Assembly: GCF_006345805.1 (NCBI RefSeq)
Contig: NW_021835397.1
Span: 1 to 40,316, forward strand
DNA length: 40,316 bases
DNA from: Octopus sinensis
Taxonomy: Eukaryota
Direction of reading: 5' to 3'
This document shows, one piece after another, positions 1 through 12,475 of the stretch (position 1 is the stretch's first letter; every line of letters starts with the position of its first letter). The notes under the pieces are model-generated. The model had not been told where the DNA came from. It ran no database searches and saw only the letters and a program-made list of their open reading frames with translations. The position numbers were made by a program, and so were the translations under genes.

Positions 1-287
1 CCAAGTATATTTCAGCTGATCAATAAGTTTGTTTATTGTATAACATTGCGCGCTCGTCATGTATTTTGTTCCGGTTTGTAGATTGCAGTACACTACAGAA
101 GAGGTCTGTTAATTTCTTATGTGGAAGCGGAAACTTCTAGTCGTCCCAGAAGTGTCCTGGTAGATATACATTCAGGTGGAGCGGATTATAAACAGCTCAA
201 AATGAAAATATTTGTCCAATGGGGATAAGCCGAACACATATATATACACACACAGACACGTCTACACACTTATATACCTAGATACTC

Positions 288-326
288 ACATACATACATA
301 CATACATACATACATACATACATACA

Positions 327-357
<31 letters not shown>

Positions 358-392
358 GTGTGCATTTTCCTTCTCTTATTTTTTCTATATAA

Positions 393-464
<72 letters not shown>

Positions 465-465
465 C
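288..465. repeat. (TACA)n followed by (TTA)n microsatellites
   Basis: Direct reading: tacatacataca... at about 288-355 and ttattatta... at about 394-463. These explain ORFs 212..469 and 270..476. Confidence 0.97.
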
Positions 466-1024
466 ATAAGATCCAAGGATCTAACTGTAGGAAGTTTATA
501 ATCTTCGAGCAGTCCATGTTAGGTGTAAAATAACAACTCCGAGAAACAATAATAATTCATCGGCGTCGAAGATTAGAGGCTTTTCCCATATCGAAGCTAG
601 AAGAGCTGAAAAATGCTATGTAAAGCTCACGATTAGCAAACAGAGTTGCTGTGAATGCGAATAAATGGTGAGAAAGTGGAGCGGGTCATATCCAGGCTAC
701 ATATGTTTCCTAGCTAGCAGTTCTTCTGCTGTAATAATAACCAAACGAGGCGTCCTCAACTAGCTACTCCTCAGGTCAAAGATATCTTAAGTATATGAAG
801 GTTACATTGTCGTTATTTTATTCTGTTCTCATTTCAGATCACATATTGGTGAGTTGATTTGGAATTCCTTAATGACAGTGTGACCTTCATTTAGTGAAGT
901 TATCTTCGGCCTGATGAATAGTTGCCCGAGTACCCTCTCGTTGAGTGATTATTACTTCAGTGGATGGGTTTGCTAGCAAACATATGTAGCATGGATTTTA
1001 CCTTTTCCACACCTTCAATTTGGA

Positions 1025-1415
1025 TATATACGTATACACACACACATATATATACATACCTACATACATATATACACACACACATATATATATACACACA
1101 TATATAATACATATATATGCATGTATATATATGTATATATATATGTATATATGTATATATATATATATATATATACATACATATATATGTATATATGTAT
1201 ATATATGTGTATGTATGTATATGTATATATATGTATATACATACATATATATGAATGAATATATATAATATATATATATATCTTAACAGTAACTGCGAAG
1301 ATTTGGCCTGCGAAGCCATCATCTGACGAGGGTTTGTCAGGCAAAAAAATTCTAAGTCACTATCAATTCAATCCTTGTTAATAATGTGAGTGTGTGTGTG
1401 TGGGGGGGGGGTAAT

Positions 1416-1450
<35 letters not shown>

Positions 1451-2211
1451 CACATATATATGTATGCGTGTGTATGTGTTTGTATATGCATGTATGTACG
1501 TATGTGCATATGTGTGTGCGTATGTACATGGTTACATCCCATATAGAGTTAGATTGATAGATAAATAAATAGGCAGATTGATAGATGGACGGGCGGAGGG
1601 ATGAATAGATAGATAGATAGATATACGCACGGTAGAGCTGGTGCTTCTGTCGCACAACTGTCGCAAAGGTTGCGAAGTCGTTACGATGAAGGGAGTGTCC
1701 CACAGCACAACCATATAACTTACACACACACAAACACACACACACATACACACACACACACACACACCACATACACACACACACACACACACATACACAC
1801 ACACACAATTTCACGCGCATATATACAGGCAAAGTGAAGCAGCGTGTAAGAATTGGTGAAACCATCATGCAAGCTCTATTATACACACTGATTTGCTTTG
1901 TGAAGTTTCATTGAATACGAAAGCAAAATAAAAGTGTCAGCCGTACTACATAGCTTATATCGCTACATAGCCATGGCTGTTGAAATTACAAGTGTGGCCT
2001 GTAATTATAGATTTCAAAGCCTCACTTTCGGTTCATGAATAACTGTGTCTAGCGGAGCTTGTAGTTTGAAAAGGTTTTTCCAGATATTGATGTGGTTCTG
2101 TATCACCGCTCAATGCAAATAGCCGTGTGGGTGTAACTGTACATATATCTGTGTAGTGGCTGTGTGTGTGTGTGTATGCATACATATATATGTATGCGTG
2201 AGTGAGTGTGC

Positions 2212-2249
<38 letters not shown>

Positions 2250-2309
2250 TATATACACATATACATACAATACATATATGCATGTATATATAGTATATAT
2301 GTTATATAT

Positions 2310-2373
<64 letters not shown>

Positions 2374-2860
2374 ACACACCACAAAAAACTTATGAGGTGT
2401 GTGCGGTTATTACGGATGATTCTATGCATATATATAGATGTATGTGTGAAAATTCCTGGCTGTATATGAATAGATTCGAATGATGGATGCGTTAATACAT
2501 ACATATATATACATATACATATACATGTATGTATATTTATACCTTTATCTATCTATATATATGTATATGTGTGCGTGTGTTTATATAGATATATATATAT
2601 ATTTATATGCGTTTTTCTAGATTGCTAATGCTGCCTCTCTAGGCGAAAAAATACATCTGCGTGTGTACCTATGTATGGGTGATATACGTACGTATGCATA
2701 TGTGTATGTGTGTGTATATATATACATATATTTATAAATATATATATATATATATTCATACATATATATATATATACACATACAAATATATACACATATA
2801 TATTTACATATATACATATGTATATCCATACATGTACACTTACGAGCATACATAATGTTT
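1025..2860. repeat. Compound (TA)n/(CA)n/(TG)n/(GATA)n microsatellite blocks separated by short unique spacers
   Basis: Alternating purine-pyrimidine tracts at about 1025-1281, 1385-1530, 1720-1806, 2160-2375 and 2500-2850. Confidence 0.93.
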
Positions 2861-3587
2861 CTGTAATACAACCTCACAAATACTCACACATATACATACA
2901 TACGAATAACGCGCAATTAATTATTCTTTTATTAATTAGCAATTGAAATTAAATGTATAGTTAAGTGTTTGATAAACGCGCAGTTTATCCCGAAATTGTT
3001 TACATCAAAGATTAGATTATTTTCGTGTATTTAGAAACAGAATCAATCCGTTTGTTTTATTCCTCAAGGTTACCACACGGTTTTATAGCCTGTTTTGTTA
3101 CATTCGAGGAAATTTCCCCTCTGACAATACATATGTAACTCAAAAGAATTTATAATTCATGAGGAGCGCTAGCTCGGTTATATTAACTCACTTCGAACTC
3201 TTTGATTGCTTTAATTATTCTATTTGTAAAGGGGAATCTTCGCCGAAATATTATGGGATCATTCAACAATTTATATAAATTTACAAAAATATACATTCTC
3301 TTTTGCTGTCATTTAATGACATCATCTACATATTTTGCCTAACTACTAACTTACAATTCTCAGAGGTTTTTCTCAAACATTAATATTATATAAAATACTT
3401 TGTATCCAAACTCTTTTCAAAATAGCCTAAAATCCACTTTTCATACCCATTTATATGCAGGGCATTATCCCTATAAGACGTGTGAACTAATGTCTTTTTT
3501 GTATGAATGTTAGAATTAAAATTTGTTACTTTTCTCCAATGTGAATCAATTCAATACACTCAACTTGAGTTAATGATATATGTATAT

Positions 3588-4482
3588 ATATTGTTATCGC
3601 CCAACCTCGGGATTATAATAAAAAAATAAGTTATTATTTTCAATTTCGTTCCTTTCGGGATTTTATCCCTAATTTTGTGGTTTTAGAACCTAGCTGTCCT
3701 TTATAGCGTGATGGATCCCATGAATGGGTTCCTTTTATGTATTTAAATGTACCCTGTATTTTATGAGTGATACATAGTCTTTGGACTAAATTTTTACATG
3801 CTAGACCACTGGAAGTGACAATTTCTATCAATTTCCATTTCCCTTCGATATGATATGTATATATTTGATTATATTCCCAATTTGAATTTATATTAACCGG
3901 AGTAGGAGGATGATAAACTAATCTGTCTGTTCTCCTTCCTTGAACTTTGATATTTGCTCAAAATATTGAGCCTTTCCGTGTTATTTCGTGCAAAGACCCA
4001 CAGTCTTTTATTATTTGATGAAACATTAGTTCAAATTGAGCTCCACCTATAGAAATAACAAATGGAGAAGCAGATTCTGGGTTTATCCATTAAAAATATC
4101 CCAATTCCTCCAAAACATATATATGGAAACATTATCGCTAAAGGTTAATGACCTGATTAAAAGAATGAGATGGAGAGGTTTTTTTTTTGATTTTGGAAAT
4201 AAGAAATCGGATGAACAGCGTGAAAACTACAATCTATTTAATTGTACTTCATTCGAGGATTATCGTAAATCTTTTAACCACCTCACCTGCTCGTGATTTT
4301 AATCGAATTCATTTTATCTCTTGTAATTTTCTGTATATATATATTGTGATCGGCCAACGTTGAGATTATAATAAAAGAAATGTATATGTATATATTTGAC
4401 TGTATTCCTAATTTGAATATGCATTGGCCGGACTAGGAAGTTGATAAACTAATCTGTCTTCCCTCGCTCCTTGAACTTTGAT
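3588..4482 (+). mobile_element. Penelope-like retroelement 5' fragment flanked by partial direct (pLTR-like) repeats
   Basis: ATG at 4062 reads MEKQILGLSIKNIPIPPKHIY, then a frameshift gives METLSLKVNDLIKRMRWRGFFF. This resembles the KNIPIP...IKRMRW(K/R)xFFF N-terminus of invertebrate Penelope-like ORFs. Segments 3591-3626 and 3854-3952 recur joined together at 4344-4482. Confidence 0.7.
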
Positions 4483-4514
4483 CTATCTATCTATCTATCT
4501 ATTATCTATCTATA

Positions 4515-4555
<41 letters not shown>

Positions 4556-4570
4556 CTATCTATCTATCTA

Positions 4571-4601
<31 letters not shown>

Positions 4602-4812
4602 TATATAATATATATATATATATATATTTATTTTATATATATATAGTATTTATTTTATCGGACTCTTTTTGGCGAACCGCTTGTTACAAGGACGTAAACA
4701 CCCGAGGCTATAGTAAAGGACACTTGCCCAAGGTGCCACTCAGTTGGACTGAACACGGAACCCTGTGGTTGAGAAGCAAGCTTCTTTCCACACAACCACT
4801 TCTGCACCTTCT

Positions 4813-4851
<39 letters not shown>

Positions 4852-4916
4852 CACACATATGCGTATGCGAACATGCGCATCTTTGTGTTCATATGTGTGT
4901 GTGTATGCACGTATAT

Positions 4917-4962
<46 letters not shown>

Positions 4963-5109
4963 CATACGTGAATATATATATATATATATTCATGTGTAAA
5001 TAACATGTATATACGTGTGTGAGTATACGAGTATGTATCTCTGTAGATATGCGATTATATATGCGCTTGCATTTTGTATGCATGTGTAAATGTGTAGTGC
5101 GTGTTTGCG

Positions 5110-5170
<61 letters not shown>

Positions 5171-5522
5171 CTACGCTTGTGTGCAAGTGTGTGAGTGTGA
5201 TAATGGTGTCGCAGGCTGAGAAATGGGTGAAGGGAAGCGTTCATTGGAAAACAAGGTACATTCTGGTAGGTTCGTTCCGGTTGACTTAGCAGAAGCAATT
5301 GTGCAGTGAGGCGTTACTAGTTAACTTACAGCCCATTGATCAGACATACACATTTATATATACATACATACATATGTATACACATACATTGATAGGAATA
5401 CATATATACATACATATATATGCATGCCTATATATATACACATATATCTATATAAATGTATATAAATATATATGTATATATGTATATATGTATTCACCTC
5501 TTTGTATATATATCTACATCTA

Positions 5523-5606
<84 letters not shown>

Positions 5607-6210
5607 ATCTCTCTCTCTCTCTCTATCTATCTACCTATCGATATACACGCAAATATGTTTGTATACGTTATACATACGTACACACATATAAATGCATGCA
5701 CGTTAAGTCATTGCTAAGTGGCCATTCAACACAACACGCAACCATACACACACACACACACGCTGTGGGCACATACAAAAGTCTACAGATATGTACATAT
5801 ATATATATATGTGTGTATACATATATATCAGTATGTGTGTGTGTCTGTGTTCGTGTATGTGTGTGTGCGTGTGGTATGCTATAAATATATATGTATATAC
5901 ATATATCTGTATACGTGTATGTTTGTCTGTGTATATACGTATGTTTGCACCACATACACGTTCGGACAATTGATCTCATTTTCTCTCTCACACACACAGG
6001 CACACACACACACATACACTCACACACAAATTACACACTTACATAATTTGTCATCAAATTGACCACACATAACGCACATAACACATACACACACTAATGC
6101 ACAATCTTTCTTCGGCCGTTTGTTATACACACACATATTCGTACATACATATAGACACATTCACTCAAACATTTGTCGCATCCATACACACACACGCAGG
6201 CATAAATACA
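4483..6210. repeat. (CTAT)n, (TA)n and (CA)n/(TG)n microsatellite field
   Basis: (ctat)n at 4483-4570 and 5525-5605; (tg)n at 4929-4958 and 5115-5169; (ca)n at 4817-4847. Confidence 0.92.
4652..4810 (-). mobile_element. SINE family A copy with internal deletion
   Basis: Matches the head (...gacacttgcccaaggtgcc...gactgaac...) and part of the 3' body (cgaaccgct...ggacgtaaacac) of the full copies at 17347-17774 and 18397-18794; the middle is missing. Confidence 0.85.
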
Positions 6211-6218
6211 TACATGTA

Positions 6219-6754
6219 TTGGGTTGTCTGGAAAGTTCGTGCCGATTTTTAAAGGAAAGAAAAAGGTCAATAAATACTTGCCATTACATTTTTAATCAAC
6301 CAAATATGAACTATTTTGTTGCACAATGCGTCTCCATCTTTCCTTTAACTTGAAAATACCCTCTTCCCAGAATTGAGGTGGTTTCATGACAAAGAATTCA
6401 TCAAGGTATCTTTTTACATCATCCAAGGAATTGAAATTTTTACCATTAAGACTTCTGCAGAGACCTGAATAAGTGGAAATCCGAAGGAGCGATATCGGGT
6501 GAATATGGAGGGTGGGGTAACACATCCCAGCCAAGCTGCAACGATTTTTGTCTGGTTTCCAAAGCATCAAGTGCCGAAAATGAACTTTCTTATCTTCCAT
6601 TGTAAAGGGTTACAAGTTATAGCACAAGTTATAGGAACATAAACCTTCTTACACGAAAAGGTAGTCAAATCCTATTTTATAGACTCACCCATGTTCTAAA
6701 ATAAGTCAAAAGGTGAGCTACTATAAATTGGCATGAACTTTCCGGACAACCCAA
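6219..6754 (-). mobile_element. Internally deleted mariner transposon (536 bp), TA target duplication
   Basis: About 30-bp TIRs ttgggttgtctggaaagttcgtgccgattt / aaattggcatgaactttccggacaacccaa, each flanked by TA. The minus strand joins the N-terminus MEDKKVHFRHLMLW to GWDVLPHPPYSPDIAPSDFHLFRSLQ (YSPDLAPxD motif) and SLNGKNFNSLDDVK...GIFKLKERWRRIVQQNSSYLVD. Confidence 0.95.
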
Positions 6755-7179
6755 TACAATAACCCAACACACACACATAGATAAGCTCACACGCAGATAC
6801 ATACATAGCTACGCATACACACATAAACGTTCGCAGACATATACACATACACACACATACGGACATATACACATATACATACACTTACATGTATACACAC
6901 ATGTACATGTACATTCATGAACATATATACATATACCCACCACATACGAACACGAGCATATATACACACCCATACATGTACACATATATACATATACACA
7001 CACATAAACATAAACATTCATAAACATATACCCATACAACCCTACACGCACTCACATACATACAAATACACACACATATGCACACATGCATGTGTACACA
7101 CACATGCACATATAAACACACACACACGATCGTGTCATGTCAGACGATTGAACCGTTTTATTTGCAGAGAGAAATATGA

Positions 7180-7422
7180 AACAAGAATGGCTAGCTTTGA
7201 CATTAGGAATTTCGATTGGCAACTGAGTGGTTTCAGGTTCAGTTCCATCTCGCAGTATCTTTTCAACATCATCGAACCGACCAATGCTTGTGAATGAATT
7301 TGGTAGAAAGTGTGTGGAAAACCAATTGCAAGGGCAAGTGTATTCTACTGTAGTCTCGGGTTGACCAAAACCTTGTGAGGGGAGGTGGATTTAGTAGACG
7401 GAAACTGAAATCAGTCGGTCGT
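7180..7422 (+). mobile_element. Two degenerate SINE family A 5' fragments
   Basis: ggttcagttcc B-box-like motif, ccgaccaatgcttgtgaatgaatttggtaga and gggcaagtgtattctactgtagtctcggg...gtagacggaaactgaaa, all homologous to 18440-18553. Confidence 0.75.
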
Positions 7423-7435
7423 GTATATATATTAT

Positions 7436-7479
<44 letters not shown>

Positions 7480-7513
7480 GTGTGTTGTTGTGTATGTATG
7501 AATATATATACCT

Positions 7514-7555
<42 letters not shown>

Positions 7556-8444
7556 GCATAAATGTATATATATATGCACGTATATATAAATATATATATG
7601 TGTGTGTGGGGTGTAATCCGTTACAGTGCTTACATAGCGTACCTAATCGTTGAGATGCCTGTGAACTAAACCCCATATAAAGATTCAGAAACATATACAC
7701 ATACAACCCTACGCGCGCATATATATATATATAGGCACATACATATATACGCACATACATACGCACATACATACATACATAAATACATACATATATATAT
7801 ATGCGTTTGTGTGTATACATGCATTTGTGTGTGTACGTATACATACATGTATGTATGTTTGTATGTATGTATGTTTGTATGTATGCATGTATGTATGTAT
7901 GTGTGTGTGTGCGTGTGTGTGTGTGTGTGTATGTGTGTGTGTTTGAGTGCCTCTCTTACAGCTTCACAACCGCAATAGGCTGGTTGCTTGTCTGGAAGCT
8001 CGTAGTTTGCTCAACAACCTCGGTGCAACACGTGGTGCAGTACCTTTAAGCGACTAAAATCCCTTACACGAGCGTGGCCCTAATGGAATGATTAAAGACA
8101 AAACAAAGAACAAAAACATAAATGTAAAAGAAATTAAAAACAAAAGCACAAAAGCACAAAAACACCCGGCATCAGTTTGAGACTACCCCGGGGGGCTACG
8201 TGTGTTCACAACTCCAGAATATTTTTGAAGCATCACAAATAATCATTGTTATTCCCGCCGGTGATGGCGAGACTCAGACGCGACAATAGTCAAGCGCTAT
8301 CATGACCATTATTTGATGTCTTGCGGAGATGCGTCGGATCCATGTCAAAAGCGTTCTTGTTAGAGAACCGGAACCTTCAGTCCTACGAGTTTGTTGTTTT
8401 CTCTTGTACGCACACATAATATGTATACATCCTCCATCCCAATG

Positions 8445-8453
8445 TTATATATA

Positions 8454-8500
<47 letters not shown>

Positions 8501-8567
8501 CTGTGTATGTGTGTGCATGTGTGTATATATATGTGTATATATATATATATGTATTATATATATATAT

Positions 8568-8605
<38 letters not shown>

Positions 8606-9062
8606 ATATATATATATAACAATGTTTGTAAATATATACAAATATATGGATATATACATGCATATACATATTTATATATACACACGTGTGTATTTATAAA
8701 CGAAAGTGTGTATGCATATATATATACATATATATATATATGTACATATATAATATATATATGTATGCATCTATATATATATATATATATATATATTGAT
8801 TAATTATATATATATATATATATACACACACATATACATATATGCAAGCGTGTATACACATAGATATATATACAAACACATACACATGCATATATATACG
8901 TACTTTTGTCTATTTATGTTTGTGTGTATCTATATATGGGTATGTGTGTGTATGTATACACATGTGTTTATATGTGTATGTGTGTGTGTGTGTATATATA
9001 TATATGCATGCATTTATATACATATATCTGTGTATGTGTGTGCGTCTCTATGTGTGTGCGCA
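8445..9062. repeat. (TA)n-dominated compound microsatellite
   Basis: Direct reading. Confidence 0.95.
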
Positions 9063-9556
9063 TGTTTCAACGCTGACAGACTGTCGCTTCATTATTTGGA
9101 CGCTTAATTTTTATTTTAGCCTTTTGTTTTTAATTATACGTTCCCTCAATTTATTTAATTGCTTATTAAATGAATAAGTCTACCAAAGCGCCAGAAACTT
9201 TATTTCTTTGTATATGTTTCAAAATATATTTTTTTCCTAAAGAAAGTGTACCGGTTAATAAGATAAGCCAACATATTTTATCCGCCTGACGCTGCAGGAC
9301 AGCAACGGGTGTATACAAGAAAAGTGATCTCCCATCACCAAAAAATAACTAAAAAAGGCCCCTAAAAAATCAGCACTGGCCCCTATGTGGGCTGTAAAAT
9401 GATGTTTATATGTTTGCATACATGTGAACAGCTATAAATAAATACAGATATTCTGTTTTGCAAATGGCTGCACTGCTTGTTTTATGAACAGAAAGGGAAA
9501 CAGACCGACGGAGATATAAACATAGATAGATAAGTAGATAATTATATATATATATG

Positions 9557-9571
9557 TAGATAGATAGATAA

Positions 9572-9644
<73 letters not shown>

Positions 9645-9645
9645 C
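9557..9645. repeat. (GATA)n microsatellite
   Basis: Near-perfect agat repeat. Confidence 0.97.
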
Positions 9646-10099
9646 AACGCGACGTGCCAGTAAACATCTGCCTCACTCTGGCATACAGTAATTTTTATCT
9701 CTCCTTCTCCGAAGAGTGAGCTTGTAGATTGATGTCGGCTGCAGTTAACAGCTGTGCGTTCGTTTAGCTTTTCTACACCTCTCTTTCTAAGATATTGTTT
9801 AGCTATATTTCACCCTGAAGTGCTGTGCTTCTTTTCAACAAGAGAATAACTCACGAGTTGATTGAGTATATTTACACCCAGCTCGACTCACTTACATTAG
9901 TTTCGACAAGTTTATAGAGTATTTATTTTATATATCATCGTAAACAGGCGAATTAAGCTGTATCTACCATGAATGAGTGTAGACGCATAAGTGTGTATGT
10001 ATATAAACATTATATATATGTATAAACATTATATATATATATATAAACATTATATATATATATATATGTATATTAATTCTTCCCTCTATGTTTCTATGC

Positions 10100-10177
<78 letters not shown>

Positions 10178-10180
10178 TTA

Positions 10181-10226
<46 letters not shown>

Positions 10227-10227
10227 A

Positions 10228-11790
10228 CACTGAGGATCATAATTTTCGTTGACTTGACTAAATTTTGGCGCCTGAAACCAAAAGTGACTCCAGTTTTTCT
10301 GCACCACATCAACGTTTTGAGTTTCAAGATTCTCTCGCTTTGTCTTAAAAAAACCATAAAATTACGGCGTGTAACAAATTCGTGCTTAGTTTGAAGAATT
10401 TTTTGTTACAAAATTAACATATTATGGAAAATTATGAAGACAAACTGAATGCCCCATTTGGATCGGCACCATATAAATAGCCATTTTGCCGCAGGACACA
10501 CCTAAAGCTCTGCTTTGAACTACTGCTGAATAGTCGCCATTCAGTTGAGATGTAGATCAGAATTCCCAATTCGTTCAATAAATCTTTCATGTTATTGCAA
10601 TAAACGAACCTACTGTCACTCCAAAAGTAATTACAGAAATGCACTTCCTCTGGATCGAAAGTAGAGTAGCTTCGCTCCTTTTTCTAGCACATTTTTCTCA
10701 TTCACTGTTGATGCTAGGAGCAGCAAAATCGGTTTTGATAGTCCCGAATCGTGTATCAAAGCATTCAACTCATCGAATCCTTTACGAGGTGATTTCTCTT
10801 TCATTTCAAAATTTGCATCTTTGCTGCCACTGAGTTATTTCATCACCATCCAAATTTTAAAGAGGGGGTAGATGAACGAAAACCGGCCCCGGGATTTCAG
10901 CTGAATTAATTATTGGACCTAGAACTGATGGTAAACTATGGTACTCGATTTTATATTTTCTTGTTATAGAGTATTTATTTTATACTAGCAGTATCGCCCG
11001 GCGTTGCTCGGGTTTGTAAGGGAAATAACTATATAAGCATTTTTAGAGAGTTATAGCCAAAAATAGCAAAAAAATGCATTGAAAATGGAAAAAAAATGAT
11101 GGTAAATTTTTTTTAAAATCGTTGACTCATCGTAGACATTTTTAGAGAGTTACTTCCCTTATATAATAGCGAAAAAAATGCATTAAAATGGAAAAAATGA
11201 TGGTAATTTTGTTTTTAAATCGTAGACTCATCGTAGACGCGCGCTAATACCCAGAAGGGCTCGATATGAATCACGACTATAAGATACCCGGTTTTGGTTA
11301 AACTGCACCGCAAAATGTGGGAGTAGTTAGGAATCTAAATCGTAGGAGACAGACACACAACCTTACTTTTATATATAAAGATATCATTGTATATTTTCGC
11401 TAAACAAACTAATAGTCTGTGCAATGATCTTTTGCTGCTCGCCAAATCATAGTTATACCAAATGCCAACTTATCACGTGTTTCTTTGGTCCAAATCCGCA
11501 AACTGTCGCCACGCTGCTTGCACATCTTGTGAGGAGTCCAAAACAAGTCTTGATCATCAGCTTTTACTTTAATATATGCGAAATATCTTTGCTTCATAAA
11601 TGTGTTGATGTTTGCCTTTTGACTAGAAATTTGTGAAACTGCAACATAAAAGGAATCAGGGATGTTTAGAGACTTACGACAAGACGCAGCAGAGACATAC
11701 ATGATGCTAAAGAAAGGAAATAAGTTGGTGAAAAAAACACAGTCACAAGCTGAGGAAAACAATACAAAAATGCTTACATAAGATCTGCTA
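10228..11790 (-). mobile_element. Decayed Chapaev3-type (CMC) DNA transposon, interrupted by a Helitron
   Basis: Minus-strand peptides DQDLFWTPHKMCKQ...LRIWTK...LAFGITMIWRAAKDHCTDY (11409-11700), KYKIEYHSLPSVLGPIINSAEIPGPVFVHLPPL (about 10860-10958) and VYCNNMKDLLNELGI...EWRLFSSSSKQSFRCVLRQNG (10432-10644) follow the order of the Chapaev3 motifs DQDKxWAPH, PMVWREPxxHxxDCYFC and EWRLFIDSSKRSLKxVLLHNG. A putative terminus CACTG lies at 10228. Multiple stops and frameshifts are present. Confidence 0.82.
10985..11381 (-). mobile_element. Non-autonomous Helitron (397 bp)
   Basis: The minus strand starts TCTTTATATATAAAAG and ends CTAG, inserted between A and T with no TSD. A subterminal hairpin CCCG-A-GC-AAC-GC-CGGG sits at 10997-11012, and an internal ~100-bp block is duplicated. 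Confidence 0.9.
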
Positions 11791-11925
11791 GTACATTATA
11801 TAGATATTTTTTGTACTGTTTGCAAAATACGATAGTAAACACCCATACAGAGCGGCCAGATAAATATGTAGGGATATGCACATATATGTGTATGGATATG
11901 CAAACTAAAATCAAAATACATTCAT

Positions 11926-12443
11926 ATGGTGAGACCCATATTGGAGTACGGGATTCAAGCCTCTTCTCCTTATCTCCTCAAAGACATACAGCATCCCGAA
12001 AGAGTCCAGAAGCTGGCTACCCGCATAGTTCATGGTCTCAAAAATTTGTCCTATGAAGAAAGGCTGAGGACGCTCGACCTTTATTCTCTAGAAAAACGCC
12101 GCCGTCGTGGTGATCTCATTCTCGCCCACAACATCATAAGCGGAAAGTGTAACCTCTCGAAAGACCTGTTCTTCACTCCTGCTCCAGAGCGTCGGCTGCG
12201 GGGTCATTCCGAAAAGCTCAACCTGCGACGATTTCATCTAAATCGAAGGAGAGGGGCTTTCTCCGTCCGGGTTGCGGATCCGTGGAACAAGCTGCCAGTC
12301 GAGATGGTGAAGATACCGACGACCGCTTTGTTCAAAGCCTCCCTTGACCTCAAGTGGCCTGAACTCTTTACATGAACACCACCCTGTACTTAACTCCATA
12401 TCCCCCTACATGGCCTTGCTATTTGTTTTTGAGCCAAATTAAT

Positions 12444-12474
<31 letters not shown>
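11926..12474 (+). mobile_element. 5'-truncated CR1-like LINE (RT C-terminal region, 3' UTR and (CTAA)n tail)
   Basis: ORF 11926-12375: VRPILEYG...ERVQKLATR...LSYEERLRTLDLYSLEKRRRRGDLI...FSVRVADPWNKLP, typical of a CR1 ORF2 C-terminus. The tail is (actA)n at about 12445-12474. Confidence 0.93.

Positions 12475-12475
<1 letters not shown>

Noticed and set aside
905-950. CTGATGA at 911
   Set aside because: No downstream GAAA or stem III.
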